DNA of 59,678 bases, counting the filler, from Sphacelaria rigidula (Eukaryota): assembly GCA_964200075.2 (NCBI GenBank). It is 6 parts of 6 records of this genome, joined end to end, with 100 filler letters (N's around TTAATTAATTAA, not from the genome) between each part and the next. Parts side by side here need not be neighbours in the genome. Positions count along the whole stretch, not along the records: positions 1 to 9,864 come from CAXNAA020007601.1; positions 9,965 to 19,827 come from CAXNAA020007602.1; 4 more parts are not named here. One strand, 5' to 3'. Positions within the stretch are counted from its first letter, which is position 1. Every line of letters begins with the position of its first letter. Below, piece by piece: positions 1 to 13,587 of this stretch. The translations under genes and the position numbers were made by a program. Under the pieces are notes generated by a model that was not told the DNA's origin, ran no database searches, and saw nothing but the letters and a program-made list of their open reading frames with translations.

Positions 1-191
1 AAAGGGATCGCTGAACCCCTCTCGCGATTAAAAAAAAAGGCAAGCACCGCAAAAGGAAGGTGGGGTATTAAAAACAAATGAAAAAGAAGCTCCTGTGTTG
101 ACCTTCCTCCTGTGTGACCCCGACTGATCCGCCCACATATACCGAAAGGTGAAGACTGGTGCCGACAGGTGCCCAGAATAAATGGGACGAC

Positions 192-192
<1 letters not shown>

Positions 193-244
<52 letters not shown>
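193..244. repeat. (AC)n microsatellite
   Basis: Perfect AC dinucleotide run. It generates the spurious CVCV/THTH ORFs in the track. Confidence 0.98.
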
Positions 245-246
<2 letters not shown>

Positions 247-1480
247 GAGCGACGGACGCGCTGCCTACTTGCTCAATAGCGTGTTGGCGACAGGACCTCT
301 GCGCACCGTGCTCGGAACAGCCGACATCACTGCACTTCTTGGCCAAGGTGTCGGCAATGCCTGGCCTGGAGTTACTCTCCCTCCCCGCTACCTGCTACAC
401 CGAATGATGGCTGCTTGGAGCGATCCTCCTCGCCGCACATTCCGGTCTGAACATTTACCATCCCCGCCCGGGCTTGCTGGGGACAGACCTCCGCCTCCCT
501 ACTGCTACTTGTACCGACCGAACGACGGCGACTTGGAGCAGCACCCACCACCCAGGCAAATTGCCAAAAACAAGTGAGGGGGAAAAAAGCACAACCACCA
601 AGCGAAAAATTTCGCCCTTCAGAAAATGATGATAAATGTCGTCGTGGCGGACAATATATACGCCTGTTGCCCATATGCAGGGCTTTCCAAGGTTCTGTCA
701 AAAAAACATTCGGGACACGTAGGCCTCAAGATCGAAAATTCGACTTTTTTTTTGGGGGGGGGGAGGGGGAGGGGATCCAGCTTGCTGTCCCCTAGTTCAT
801 TGCCGAGGCGTTGGCGGATGCGATCAGCTGCCGTGTACAGAGATCCTTGGCATGGAAACCGCTGAGATGACGGACACACCGCGCCTCCAAGCTCACCACC
901 TGCCATGATTACATTTATGGGACCATGTCCCGTGTCGTGTGCCTCGACTACCTACAACTAGTCCGGGCAATTTTGGCGAGGCGTGAGATAATGCTGCTAC
1001 TTTGGCTACAGGCTGTCGCTATCGTGCGCTCGTGTATTGTACATGAATGTGTGTGAGCGTTGCCGGCATTCGAGGTCATTGGGACAGGGCGAGCGAGGAG
1101 CAGAAGCAGATATACGAACCTCGCAAAGCCCGCCAGACTTTTCGGTTTTTGTGAGTGTTCGTTGATCAATATATTGTCTTCCCCTTTGTCCAAAAAATAC
1201 AATCCAACCATCCATCCATCCAACCATCCAACCATCCATCCTCAATCAACCTTTAATCAATTCATTCATTCATTCATTTTTTTATTTTTTATTTGTCTAA
1301 TAATATCAAAAGAAAAAATCAACAAATCACTGCTGCAGATCTCAAGTATTTTAAGATTTTTCCGCTGTTCGTGACGCAGAAAACGACCAATGGTTTACGC
1401 AAAATTTGATCCAATGCAACACATTAAATTGATTTCAGAGTTTACCCCAAGGGCGCAGAGCCAGATATAGAAGAATGTTG

Positions 1481-1905
1481 CACGCGTCGGACGAACACGA
1501 GTGTGACTAGGGGCACTCGCACTCGTCGGGTTGCTCGTTGGCCGTGAAAATGAAGAGGGCAAGCACTCGAGTCACTGCTCGTTGTGGAAAAAATTAAGAG
1601 GGGGCGAGCACTCAATCAAGTCATTGCTCGTTGTGGAAAAAAACTAATAGGGCGAGCACTCGAGTCATCTCTCGTTGTGGAGAAGAATTAAGAGGGCGAG
1701 CACTCGAGTCATTACTCGTTGTAAAAATAAGTGCTGACTCGAGCACAGGAGTCATTGCTCGCTGTAAAAACAAATCATGACTAGAGCACACGAGTGCACT
1801 CGTTTCGACGAGTAATGACTCCTCCGACGTGTGTAAATTTTTTCCACAACGAGCGATGACTCGAGTGCTCGCCCTCATAATTTTTACGGCCAACGAACAA
1901 CCCAC
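1481..1905. mobile_element. Non-autonomous TIR/foldback-type element with ~44-bp tandem subterminal repeats
   Basis: Starts CACGCGTCGGACGA; inverted end TCCGACGTGTG at ~1823-1833. About 5 tandem units of GGGCGAGCACTCGAGTCATTGCTCGTTGTGGAAAAA and an inverted copy of the unit at ~1836-1900. Homologous left end at 49142-49255. No clear TSD. Confidence 0.65.
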
Positions 1906-4200
1906 CAGCGCGATTAATTTATGAGCGTAATGCCAAGATGATGAACTGATTCCCACCTCCTCGACGCTCACCCCACTCTTCTTCGTCTGCGAACGGAAAA
2001 CTGGTTCTGGATTATTATAATTGGGCAAGATGGGAATCGCCCCGCTCAAGGGGAACAGTGAACAGTGAACACCGCCTCCCTCCTACCCTCAAGTCTGCAT
2101 GTCGTAATTCATACTACGAGCGTTAGCGTGTTGATTTTGAATTACTCAGAAAGCGAATCTACCATCATCTATGAACGGCACTACAGCGGCTTGGCAGTGA
2201 GTATTCGAGTCTACAGTGGTCACTGGCTATCTACCAGGGGTCCATTGCAGTCAAACCCTCCGTAGTGAGGTGCTGTTTAATACGATTACTCATCACGATC
2301 GGCGAACAGCCTGAGGATTAGAATCCCAAATCGTACCACCAGCGCCTGACTTAATCACATCGTGGTCGTTGACGGTGTATCTGGAGGTGCACCAGCAAAC
2401 GGCAAGCGATGCCTGAGCCAGCATGGCCGGACGAGACTGAGGGAAACGAGGGTGGGCACGAGATATGGGACCCTGTTGCCGAATGTCGATCGGTAAGTAT
2501 AGAGTGATGGTGGGTAGCATTATGTAATGAGACTGCAGAACAGGCAGATTCTGTTGCAATTCTTGTTGACAGTCAGTTGGCCAGCTCTGACGGCGCAGCC
2601 CCAGTATTTTAAACAAGTACGGATAGCGATCTCGCCCGCTTCTCCTCCTCACAAACACGATGTAGCGAATCTTGTGTCTGTTTTCCACGGATGGGCCAAT
2701 TGGTCGAGCCAGGTACTCGTACTGACTTGACACCACTGTACTGTACTGTACTGTACCGTACTCACTACTCACTAGATCCTGATACTGTATCGGTACGCAA
2801 CGGAGTTTAACACCCCCTGTGACAAATTCTCCGCCTCGATTTTGTCATGGAGAAACAGCTCTCTGCACTGCCCAACAAGCATAAAATCTAGCAGGTATAT
2901 TTCCAAGCACATAGTTTTTCGGCGACGCAGCCGTGGCAGTTGCCAAGAAAGTCGAGCTGAGGTGTTTCGCACCTGAGGTTCCAATCTTGACGATATACTA
3001 CTAATACTACAATTTTTTCTTCTCACCCCATGTTGAGCTGTGGACACCGACAGCACAACTCTGTGCTAGCTTAAATAGGTATTGATAGCTGTACTGTGTC
3101 TTCATGCGGCAAAGCAACTAATCCGCACATGCACCCGAAATTGGCGCCGAATGATTGATATAATACTCGAAGTCGAACATATGTTATAATCCAAGAAAAC
3201 TATATGCAAAACAGTTCTGACGGTATTTGTCGTGCGGTCATCAATCGAATTTGGATACTGCACCAGATTTTCTCCACGACGGTGATCGGCCACTCACAAC
3301 TTGGTAGATGTAGGGTTGGAATACCTGTGTGCAAAATTTCGCTCCAGGGCGCAAAAGTTTTCGCGCAAACTTGGGTTGGTGACCCGGACACGCCATTTCT
3401 TTGTGTCTGAATGTGTCGCCGACACCGTAGAGCGTGCATCTCAGGCGCGATGAACAGGTGAGCTCGTGACCTCTTCAACAACGATATCATCGCGTTTGCG
3501 TTTCGTAAGTGCAGGCAACAAGCAGTATATTGTCCCGCGAATCCAAAACTCATGCCACAGAGGGATTGTCGAGGATCCGGGGGACAAGTTAGCCAGTGGC
3601 CGTCCTATAATGGCGGTTACATCAGGCTCTTATGTCGTGCTGTGCGTGGTGGCAATCCATGACCAAGCATCTGATTATAGTGCTGATCATGATTGGAAGT
3701 TTGGCTACATGCACTTCGCAGACCCACGTTTAATTATGAGTAGTTGATAATGAGATCACACCTGCTAGAGCACTGGTGCGGTAAACTGAAGATATACCGG
3801 GATCTACTTGATTAAAATAGCGGGCGAAGCCCGCATCACACGTCTCACCTCACCACTGCCCGTCGCCTATATGTGCCAAGTGACCATCTTGAAAGTCAGA
3901 TACCTTAGTGGCATGCCAAAAGTGGGAGTTTTTCACGAGAATTCCCTTACTCACGTAGGCCACTCAATGCGGGACCGACACGGTTGTGATGCGCCAATGC
4001 ATTGCGTTGCTCGAGAAAAGTGCCTCATGCAGCGCCGACTATCGTGTACGCGCACCGATGGAAACCGGGATGGAGTTATACTGTCCGCATGTACCGGAAT
4101 AGAATAAAACTGATCGGAGGTACGATTTGTGTCGTAATGTAGACTCGGTCGCCCGTTGTTATGCTGTAGGTCTGTGCGACTCAAACGTTGTGCCCGCCTT

Positions 4201-4240
4201 GATAGCTCGATAGCTCGATAGCTCGATAGCTCGATAGCTC
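4201..4240. repeat. (GATAGCTC)5 tandem repeat
   Basis: Five consecutive 8-mers read directly. Confidence 0.95.
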
Positions 4241-4539
4241 TAGGAGAGAACATCCCGACGATTCACGCTGCACATCTGTATGCTGTATCATTTCGGAGGA
4301 CGCCGAGCCCCTCACAATACCGCCGCCGATCCTGTGCATCGGGCTCCCCCGCTTCAAAACAAATGTGTTTGTTCTCAGGGTTCCCAAGGTTCGAAATTTC
4401 TCGACCTCTGAATACACCCCAACTTATACTCGAAGCCGGTCAAAATTCAATGTTTTTGGTCAACATGTCTCCCCTCCAACCCCCCTCCTTCCCGGCCTAC
4501 CGCGCTACCCTCGTAATGTCTCCTTCTGTTTAGTTACAG

Positions 4540-4986
4540 AAGCGCTATTTCCGCTGCGTGAAGAAATTCGCGACGGTGTTGGTTACGGGCGGTGCGACGG
4601 AGGACCGACGGGACGTTTGCCTTGGACGCTTTGATGATTTTCAAGACTGCGTAACGGTCAGTACCCTTCTATCTTGAGTCGTTATGCAAGTCTAACGGGG
4701 TGCATTTAGGCGCATGTGCTGTTTTGCTGTCGGGTTTCCCACACTCGCCTTACGTGCTGGTTCCATCAGTGGATACAAGAATCCTGCATCATGGTATATT
4801 TTTAACCTGTAGACGGAGGATGCGCAGCTTCGAACGCCTCCACTTGATGTTGACGTTAAGGAGAAGACACCGCCGTGGCCGCATCAGGGCTACGACGTCT
4901 TGCTCCTCGCTAAAACAAAGAAGCATACGCTTGAGCCCAAATGCAGCGGCCTCTCGTCGACGTGCACCGAAATGGTCATTTCCTAG
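4540..4986 (+). CDS. Candidate last two exons (4540-4650/4656, 4813-4986) of a small Cys-containing protein with a CX9C motif
   Basis: Acceptors ttacag|AAG and cctgtag|ACG; donor candidates TGC|gtaacg or ACG|gtcagt. Only one frame is open through the first exon: KRYFRCVKKFATVLVTGGATEDRRDVCLGRFDDFQDC. Upstream exon not found. Confidence 0.3.
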
Positions 4987-6045
4987 TAATTGAATTTGCA
5001 CCTGCGCATCACTCACATGCGCACAAACACACCCACGTAAAAGCTGTACAGCCGCAGGCTGCTGCACCCATAACATGAGGACACATGCAGTGTTCACCAA
5101 AGTGGGCACTGTTGCTACACAGTCGGCGGCCTATTCTCAAGCCAAAGTGAGTAGGTTCGCTGCCGCTGGCACAGTAGTTGGCACGCGGTCTCACTAGTAC
5201 AGCACAGTACTGCAATACTGTATCGTGTCACAGAATGGTTGAACGAAATCGTTCCTTGGTATGTCACACTCCCCGAGGACCCACTGTTTTTCGCCGGCGT
5301 GCACTTGACGTGCTTGTGCTTCACCCATGATCGAGGTTCCAAGCATCTCGAAACACGTGATGTCCACACTGACTGCCTTGAGCAAATTTCGGTTCAGAGA
5401 ACATGTGTTGAAGATGTATTTGGCAACATGCAAGTGAGGTTGGAGAGTTGGAGAGCCATTACTTTCACGTATGCCCTGGACAAAAGCAAAGGATACGATG
5501 TCGTTCCCGTTCTCCACTCTCACAGCTTGAAAAAAATCACAATTCAAGCATTGGACAGGACGTGTAAACGCGAAAATGTGCTGGTGTAAAGTCTTGCGTT
5601 CGTTTTTGCTGTTTTGTCCCGGATTAGCGTTCAAAATTTGACTTAACATTTTGTGTCCGCCACTGAAATTATATCTCAAGGGGATGAGTTATATCTAGAC
5701 TTTGATTTTTTTCTTCACTTTCGAGATATTCTGTGTCCGGGCAATCTCTCCAGGTCACACATATCTTTCGTCTATTGGCCAATGCGAGATGACTACAGCG
5801 AATCTTCGCACAAATAACTACTCTTTATACTCCGAGTGATTTCCAACACCATAGCGTTGCTCCTGTTCTCAACCACCCCCCATTGCTCGACAAAATCCAC
5901 ATTCTAGAGTTTAGAGCATGACATACATTCAACGAAAGGGTTCCGAGATGTATCTGTCGAATTATTTATTTTTCACCCCGGTCATCCTTTGATTGTTGAC
6001 CTGAAATTGTACCAACATGTCTGTATTTTAAATACGCAAAATATT

Positions 6046-6459
6046 CAGGGATACACACGTTACACACGTGATATATTTGAAAAAAAACGGGAAAAAATGT
6101 TACTTGAGATCATGAAACGCTACGTTGTTTGGACGGAACAAATGTAAAGTAACGTGATGTGACGTGTGGACCTTGAAGCAGTGTCTCTCGGAATTTCCCA
6201 CATGTAAAAAAAGGCTGTTTTCGTGGATTTTTAACGTGACACGTGACACGTTACAAATTCACGAAACAAGCAGAGTTTTAGTCATATTTGGAAAGTAAAA
6301 CGCCACGTTAGGCTTCATTCGAAGGACCACACGTTAGATCACGTTACGTTACATTCTTCCCATCCAAAAAATCAAAGCTTACGTGGCGTTAAATGATCCA
6401 AAGTGACGTTTTTTCGAATGTGTCACACTAAAGTGTCACGTATGACGTGTACACCCCTA
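6046..6459. mobile_element. hAT-type non-autonomous foldback element (MITE)
   Basis: Termini CAGGGATACACACGT...ACGTGTACACCCCTA. Perfect 8-bp TSD AAAATATT (6038-6045 and 6460-6467). The halves are imperfect inverted repeats rich in CACGT/ACGTG. Confidence 0.85.
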
Positions 6460-9400
6460 AAAATATTGAATATTGCTGGGTTTTGAGTTGCCGTTTCAAT
6501 TCCAAGTTGTGCTGCATCAAGGAGTATTTCGATATGCCTTCACCCACCCTTTACCAGCATAAATTGTAGTTGGAGAGGCGAATTTGAAAAAAACAAAATA
6601 AAAAAAACAGAGATAGCTTTTGTATTCCCTCTTCAGGCATGCGTCTCAAGTTTCAAGTAGAACTTCATAGCTAACCCGGGATAAATCAAAACATTCTGGT
6701 ACAGGGTCTGTTATTTTTCTCAATGAAAACAGCCTGTACTTGATTTTACGCCAACAACAGCTCTATTGCGGCCGACTTCGTTCGAGTCTAGAATCAGTCG
6801 ACTCTCAACAATTCATGTGGATCATTGCAACACAGGTTCAAGGCCATTATGTTTCTGTGAGGAACATTTCCATTTTACCTCTTGTGTTGGCAGACTGCAC
6901 ATATTGGTGCAAACCGCGCAGTGTATTACGAAATCAACACGTTGCGTAGGTGGATGTCTTTTTTTTAATCCTCTTGAAGGAAGGAGGAAACCTGACCCAA
7001 CACTTACCCCGAAAGCGGGTTCGTGTGCCGGTTACCTAGAGGCTCGGCGAGACTGCCTCACGACAGTCATGTGGGATAGGCGCCTCGATCGTTCGCGAGC
7101 TTTGCTCAAGGCAGTATGGGGGTCCGACCCACTCAAACCCCTTGTCAACTCGGCGCAGTGCTCGCGCCGCCCTACTCTTGTCAGCTTCGATCCTAGGGAT
7201 AGGGAGATGTATTGCTGCGTGGTCCTCAACAACCCGAACTTCACACACACACACCTCTGCCTGATCCCACCCTGCGCAGGACGCGGCAGCAAGAATGTTG
7301 GAGCAGCGAGATCGAAAAGGAAGAGCAAACTGGTGAGGAAGCACAATTTTTCGATCCTACTGCGCCACGCGATGACTCATCAGCTGGTGGATGTTCGGAG
7401 AAATCCCGTGTGGGGTCATGCTCAGAAGCACTTCCTTCTTGGAGCAACAGCCGGCGAAGCTCGTCGAGTATGTTCGACTCGGTCCGCCGTGATTATTCCT
7501 GTTTTTCGGTGACAGAGGTCTCATTCGGTACTGACCGCTTTTACTGCATGCTCGGAGTTCGTGTTCGGAGTCGCGTGCTTCATATGTTGCACTTCTGCTA
7601 CTGTGCCAGGCTGGCGGGCGGTCGGGGGAGACCGCACCCTCGCGCTGTATATATTTTCTCTTGATTTTCTCTTGATTTTCGTCACACTTTCGGAAGACCC
7701 CCCCCTTCCCTTCCCCGGGACGAGGGCGTAGTTTCAAGGTGCCAACCCATCTCTCACCCGGTACATGCCTGATATTTTGGTGTTACGGATGGGATCAGCA
7801 CTACTTGTACTATTCCCGCGCTGCGCCGGATGGCATCCTCACGTTTTTAACGGGGGGAATGCCATGCTCTCAACGACGGAAAGCGAGTACTGCTGAGAAT
7901 GGAACCATATAGTTTAGTTATGTATGCTCAAGGATTCGGATCTCCGACTCCGTCTTACGAGACTTGAAGGTGTACCAGATACACCATCGCAGCGCGGTGG
8001 AAAACCAATGATGAAATAGCGCAGACAGGCTGTTCAATTGATGAGTGTCGCCTTGACCTGTGTTTTGTAGGTGGGCTGCTTTTCGAAGGAAATCTGTACC
8101 TTTCGAAACTAAAAACTATTTGAAGGGCAAATCGTTTCGTGCACATACATGGCCAACCTGGTCCATTCGTGTGGAGTTGCGGTGTAATCAATTTTTTCCC
8201 CTGCGTCCGTCATCGGGAGTGTCTCTCCTCATTTATTTTTCCGAGTGGCCTGAGATGAAGCAAATCGTGGACGTGTTTTTGCTTTGGGTTCCATTTTTTT
8301 TTTCCATCATCTTGTGTGAGTGCAGTTTTTTTAGTCTCTGAAAATCGAAGTATTCGTGCAGTTGCCAATATTTACGCCTTTTTTTTTCTAACCGATTCAT
8401 GTGCTTCCTTGTGTGTGTGCCTGTGTTGGTCACTTTTGCGGAATATAGCAGATGGGGTAGTTTTGTTCTCATGTGTGTGCACACCAGTACCCTTACACGT
8501 CTTGATCTGCTCACGCTATACAGTACGTGAAATATGCTGATACCCCAGAGGATTAGTTGGCTTTTATTGTTCGTTCCGTTTGCGGCTAGTGGCGCATCAT
8601 CGCTGCAGTGAAGGGCTGGGTTGCTCGACTCGGTTCATATGAAGATTTTTCCTTCCAAAATGTCTTCCGTGTTTCGGTTGACACCTCCTGCTTGTTGAGC
8701 ACGCCCCCCCCCTCCCCTTCATAGGATAAGGGGTAGGTACGAGAGTAGAGGCGAAATCAAACAGGATTCAGGTCGCAGTCTCGTGGGGGAGAGGGTTGAC
8801 GAAGTCATGGTAACAGCTTCTGCGGAAGCAAACTGGCTTGTGTACGTGCAAAGTATGGTGCTACAACGAAAACTGGGTCTATTTTTACTCAATGAGAGAG
8901 AGACGTGAAAAAAACAGGAGAGGAAGAAAGTTTCCCCCAAGTTGGTCGGGGTGTTGTGGAACAAAAACAATCAGACCTACCAATAAAGTGAAGGAACTCG
9001 AGAGATAAAAAGTAATGAGTGAAACAACTAGAAGCACACACTCCAGTGGAACGTGTGAAAATTAAGTGAGAGTTACACAACATCCCCGGGTACCCGCGAA
9101 GAACAACACTGGAGTTTCCAGGAAGACAGCAGACGCACCAGCGAGCGTGCCACGTCATGGGCTACTTCTCACGTTTCGGCGACGTTCAGACCTTCGATAG
9201 AGATGCAGGGAACTCTAGCGGTAACATCGCAGCTATTAATAGTTCCTTTGCATGGCGCGCGTTGGTGGCGTTCACTTGTGTAGTGGTTCAATTTGCCATG
9301 TGCATTTTAGCCCCTTTCATTACGACCCGATATCACGAGGAAAACATGTTGGAAGACCCACGTCCAGCCACGTAGCCAGCGTATAGTAGGGTTCGCCTCA

Positions 9401-9724
9401 TCACGGTAGCCTCGGCGCAGTCACAGCCAGTCCGTTCGAGCACCTCGTGGTTTGACAACATTTTCGTGGTTTGTTTTCATTTTTTTCTTAAACTCGTTTT
9501 TTCCCGGCTTCTTGATTTTTTTTCCTCTCGCGACCTCGATTTTTTGCTACCTCGATTCCCCCCGGATGTGTCGACACCAGAAAATGAAGCAACTCATCTT
9601 GGGCTGTCATCCAAATGCAAGATAATCAGTACGCTCCGGGCCGAACAATCTTGGCAGGATGCAGCTCACCCTTCATGCGACTCGCCGAACGCATCACGAC
9701 GCTTCGCGCTTGGTGTGAGTGACT

Positions 9725-9837
9725 GCGAGCCTGGTGCGGCGAAAAACCGGCGTGCTCTGTCCCGGCTTTGTAGTGATGCAAAGTTAATGGTCATATGACT
9801 AGGGTATGCAAGATCGTGAGTACCCCCCCCCCCCCCT
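9725..9837. repeat. Short interspersed repeat ending in a C-tract (copy a, long subfamily)
   Basis: Aligns with 27758-27880 and shares a core with 10741, 27948 and 49817. Confidence 0.75.
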
Positions 9838-9864
9838 CAGGAAGGGATAAGATATGTAAAAGGT

Positions 9865-9964
9865 NNNNNNNNNNNNNNNNNNNNNNNNNNNNNNNNNNNN
9901 NNNNNNNNTTAATTAATTAANNNNNNNNNNNNNNNNNNNNNNNNNNNNNNNNNNNNNNNNNNNN
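9865..9964. other. Artificial contig spacer
   Basis: N44-TTAATTAATTAA-N44, giving stops in all six frames. Confidence 0.99.
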
Positions 9965-10008
<44 letters not shown>

Positions 10009-10740
10009 CGGGCACAGGCTACCAACAGCTGAGATATGCACTCTCGGGAGCTGTATGCGTATGATACAGTAATCTCAGGACATGTTTCCTGGCGTGTGTT
10101 CATGTATGATATAGCTGGCCTGCCAGCAACAGTCCTCGACACCGCGAGTATTGTCCCTGCGGGAGTAGCACGCAACAATAAAATGGAACCAGAAGGTTCT
10201 CTCCTGATCAATGTGTGCCCGCGTATCCGCGCGGGATCGTCAATAGCGGTACGTGACTTTGTCAGTAACACGGCCTGCGCCCCGCTCTTCTCGCGATACA
10301 TTCCACAGCGGCGAGGCCTCTGCAGCACACGAGGAGGCAGGTCATTCGGGTCATCGTAACCCTGGCAGCGGTGCACTTGTATGTATGCCGCGTGCATGTG
10401 GGGGGGGAGAGGGGGGCATGCTATAGTAGGCTGTACATCCAACAGGGTACAATACTGTGCTACGTTTACGTTGATTCTTTATAAAGGTGATCATCAGGAA
10501 TTACGCCTGCAGCTGTGCTTCGTTTTTTTTCCACGTGTATCTTGCTGTACCTACACTACTACAGTGGTTCTCCACTACCGTAACAATGGTTTCAGCCGCG
10601 GAGGCAGCACGGCCGTGTCTTGTCATTCGCAACTGGCCCGCGCAACAGGTATGACGTTTTGATGATCCCCAGGCGTCATGCGGAGTGAAAGACGGTAAAT
10701 TATGAAAGTGCAGTCCCCACCATACTTGGAAGCAGGAACG

Positions 10741-10820
10741 GTGCTCCGTCTTGAAAGGGATGCGTGGTCAATGGTCAGACGACTGAGGCAAGCAACGAAT
10801 GAGAACCTCACCCGCCTCCA
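10741..10820. repeat. Short interspersed repeat ending in a C-rich tract (copy b, short subfamily)
   Basis: GTGCTCCGTCTTGAAAGGGATGCGTGGTCAATGGTCAGACGACTGAGGCAAGCAACGAATGAG, highly similar to 27948-28031. Confidence 0.8.
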
Positions 10821-11483
10821 TACTTGCCTGCCAATCCGCGTCGTGTCTTGAGGGGTCATACTCCAACGGCGAGGGGGGCAGACACAGACAACAAATGAGG
10901 CAAGCCGAGATCTTGCGATTGCTTGTGCTGTGTCTTTTCACGCTAACTAACCGCCTCGATGTCTTATGCCTGCCGCTCGCACGGCACACTCGGAACGTGA
11001 GGCGGACGTCTGCGTATCTTCTCACACGCGGTAACTACACACGCCGATCAGGAAAATGCTTCATCGCACTCTCGTTTTGCTAGACAAAAGCACGCCTAAG
11101 TCAGGCGGGAATTTTCCTCGCCCATCACCCCAGATCCACGGTTCGACATGATCTTGTTCTTTCCAACAAACTCCAACACAGCAATACATCAAGTGTAGGC
11201 TCAAACCCCAAATCGGCGTCCGCGCCAATAAGAGTCCAAACGCGTGTTGCACACGCTGGTGAGCAGTTGGGACTACTGTAACTGTAACGCTCCCAAGTAC
11301 ACGGAACATGACGGTCGACACCCACCAGTATGCTCCAACCATGGATTTTGGGCGACGGAGTTCGAGCAAGCTCTCTCGACCGGTCAAACGTTCACGCCGC
11401 AGGAACATACGAAATACACAACCCATGTCACCGACTTAGCCGCAAAACGCACACAACGACACAGCTCGCCCGGATATACGCAC

Positions 11484-11911
11484 CTCCGCTGTGGTTCCCG
11501 AGGCTTCTGTAGTAGTACCGTCACCCCCCGCTGGTGCTGTGTTTGCTCTGATTCCACCCCCGTGGCCGCCGTTATCTAGCCGTCCTGTCCGGTTAAATGC
11601 CATTGAGGCGCTCCCGACGACGCAGAGCACCGCCGTACAGACCATGGCGCATACTGCTACTGTAGCGGAGACGCTGGCAAGTTTCCGAGAGGAGACATTT
11701 TTGCTGCTGCGATGGCGCCTATTGTTGTTGATGCTGCTGCTGCTGCTGCTGCCATTTCCTTCGAGATCATTACTAAAGGTAACATCGTCCATGATGACGT
11801 TCTCGACCGTGTGTTCCTGTTTCTTGCTCTTCGATGGTGCCCCTCGGCGTTTTTTGGATCTTTTGCTACTGCCGTTGGAGTGGTTCTTCGACGTCGTCGG
11901 TTGTCCCCTCG
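11484..11911 (-). CDS. Probable internal exon of an uncharacterised single-pass membrane protein
   Basis: Pyrimidine-rich acceptor ctccacag| and donor GAG|gtgcgt. Encodes a basic/Ser-rich segment, then a hydrophobic span LASVSATVAVCAMVCTAVLCVVGSASMAF. Possible downstream exons near 10830-10860 and 10362 and below. Confidence 0.5.
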
Positions 11912-13587
11912 CTGTGGAGGGGAGGGAGAAAAGGGTGGGGCGAGGGGGCTGTCAACAACTGTGTGCCTGGGGCAGGAGCACTGGACATCTTGTGCAGTAG
12001 AAAGCGAATAAACGCGTAGAAGAATGGGGATTCTTTTTGAAGGTAAATATACAGGAGACTGGGGCCAGGAAAGGGTGTATATTTGACCGCTTCTGGCGTG
12101 TTGGGGTGCACAGCGGTCAGGGGAGTGATCTTGCGAAACTGGGAGAGGTGGACTCAGCTCGACGTCTGCTGTGTTTCCTGGGAGCACGCAGTGTTATTTC
12201 GTGCAATTTCTCAAGAGTATAATGCATCAGGCGAAATCGTCCTCAGGAGGCTCTAATCCCGCAGGCCTGGCCGGTACACCTGCTACAGCATACATGGGGC
12301 GCCAAAAAATGAAGAGGTTTGGCCCTTCAGGAGCTAATAATACTCACCAACATCCGAGAGAATGGTACCGACTCTATCGCAACTTATACAAATATGGCAC
12401 TTAGTAGTAGCGTACCACAGTAACGCCAGTTTGGTGAGTATTATCGAGAAGTAGCTCTTGCGCAGATAGAAGCCCAGCTCCGCACACAGGTTCGAAAATG
12501 CGGCGGTTATGGCAGTGGCCTTGAGTCCACCATCTCTGTACTCCGTAGTGCTACGACGTACAGACAAGACGCCACAGGGCGACACAACTCCTACACACTG
12601 ATCCCCGAAAAAGCACGCAGACACCCACCACTTCCGCGCAGTAGCTCAGGAGCTAGCCTTTGCTCATCCGCACATGGCAGTTTTGATTGACGGAAACCGG
12701 TGCTGCATTGCAGGAAGGGCGGTCGCGTGTGCGCCGATCACCCGAAAACGTGCCGTTGCTGACCGTTGCTGTGCGTGTGCTGTGCGCGCGTCCCACACAA
12801 ATATTTTTTTCACTGAATTCTCAACAGATTTGAGCAAGGTCACTCACACGTGCTCAGCTGATGAGCAGCTATGGCTCGAGCTGTGTTTTGGATTGCGGGG
12901 GCAATGCGTTCCTCAGGTTGGCCTCTGGTTGTATTGGGTTGTGTGTCAAGCTTTTCCATGTGCCCCCTGTCAAGGGGATATATACCTTCTCGTTCAAGGT
13001 GCACACACAAAAAAACGTTTGCAAAAGTAATTTTGGGGACACTTTTTTTTTTCCCGGCAGGGGGTGGTATCGGAGCGACCGATCAGAAGCCGTTTTCTTC
13101 GCAAGTGATTTTTTCAAGTGACAATCCTCTTCGAGAAGAACACGTCTGACTTCTTTTATGTCCGGTTACCTCCGTCACTCTCCGCGTGTTGATATAAATC
13201 TGGTGTCAAAAATTCAGAAATCCCCAAATGGAGGGCCGTAAATAACGGGACTTATTTCTTATACTTTTGGGCCATATTCACACCCATCCAGGAAGGTCGG
13301 ATTTTGTTTTATGCTCCTCCAGAAATTTAGGAAGTGCAGAACTCTTCCGATGCTAACGTTTTGAAGTGTCTGTGTGTGGGGAAATCCTACTTTCTGAACA
13401 CACTGGACGATATTGCCCAAGGTCGACCCCCCCGAGCAGTGTGTGCCTCGTTGTGCTTGACGGTGTTCGAGAGTTGGTAGGCGCATGGCGAGTGACACCT
13501 GAAGCCATGCTGAAAGTAGAAAGCGGCGCGGGTATTCTGCAATCGCCCCCGTAAGCTGGCGAAGGGGGGCATATAACGAGGTCAGAG

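Noticed and set aside
28..577. ORFs with CV/TH repeats
   Set aside because: Translations of the (AC)n microsatellite.
1540..1790. CRISPR-like repeat array
   Set aside because: Linkers are short, A-rich and similar to each other rather than unique spacers. There are no cas genes, the context is eukaryotic, and the unit belongs to a dispersed repeat.
6766..7664. 248-aa and 150-aa ORFs, possible short exon at ~7280-7332
   Set aside because: No recognisable motif and no consistent splice chain could be built.
9157..9375. GYFSRFGDV peptide resembling an RRM helix
   Set aside because: No RNP1/RNP2 motifs or splice support.
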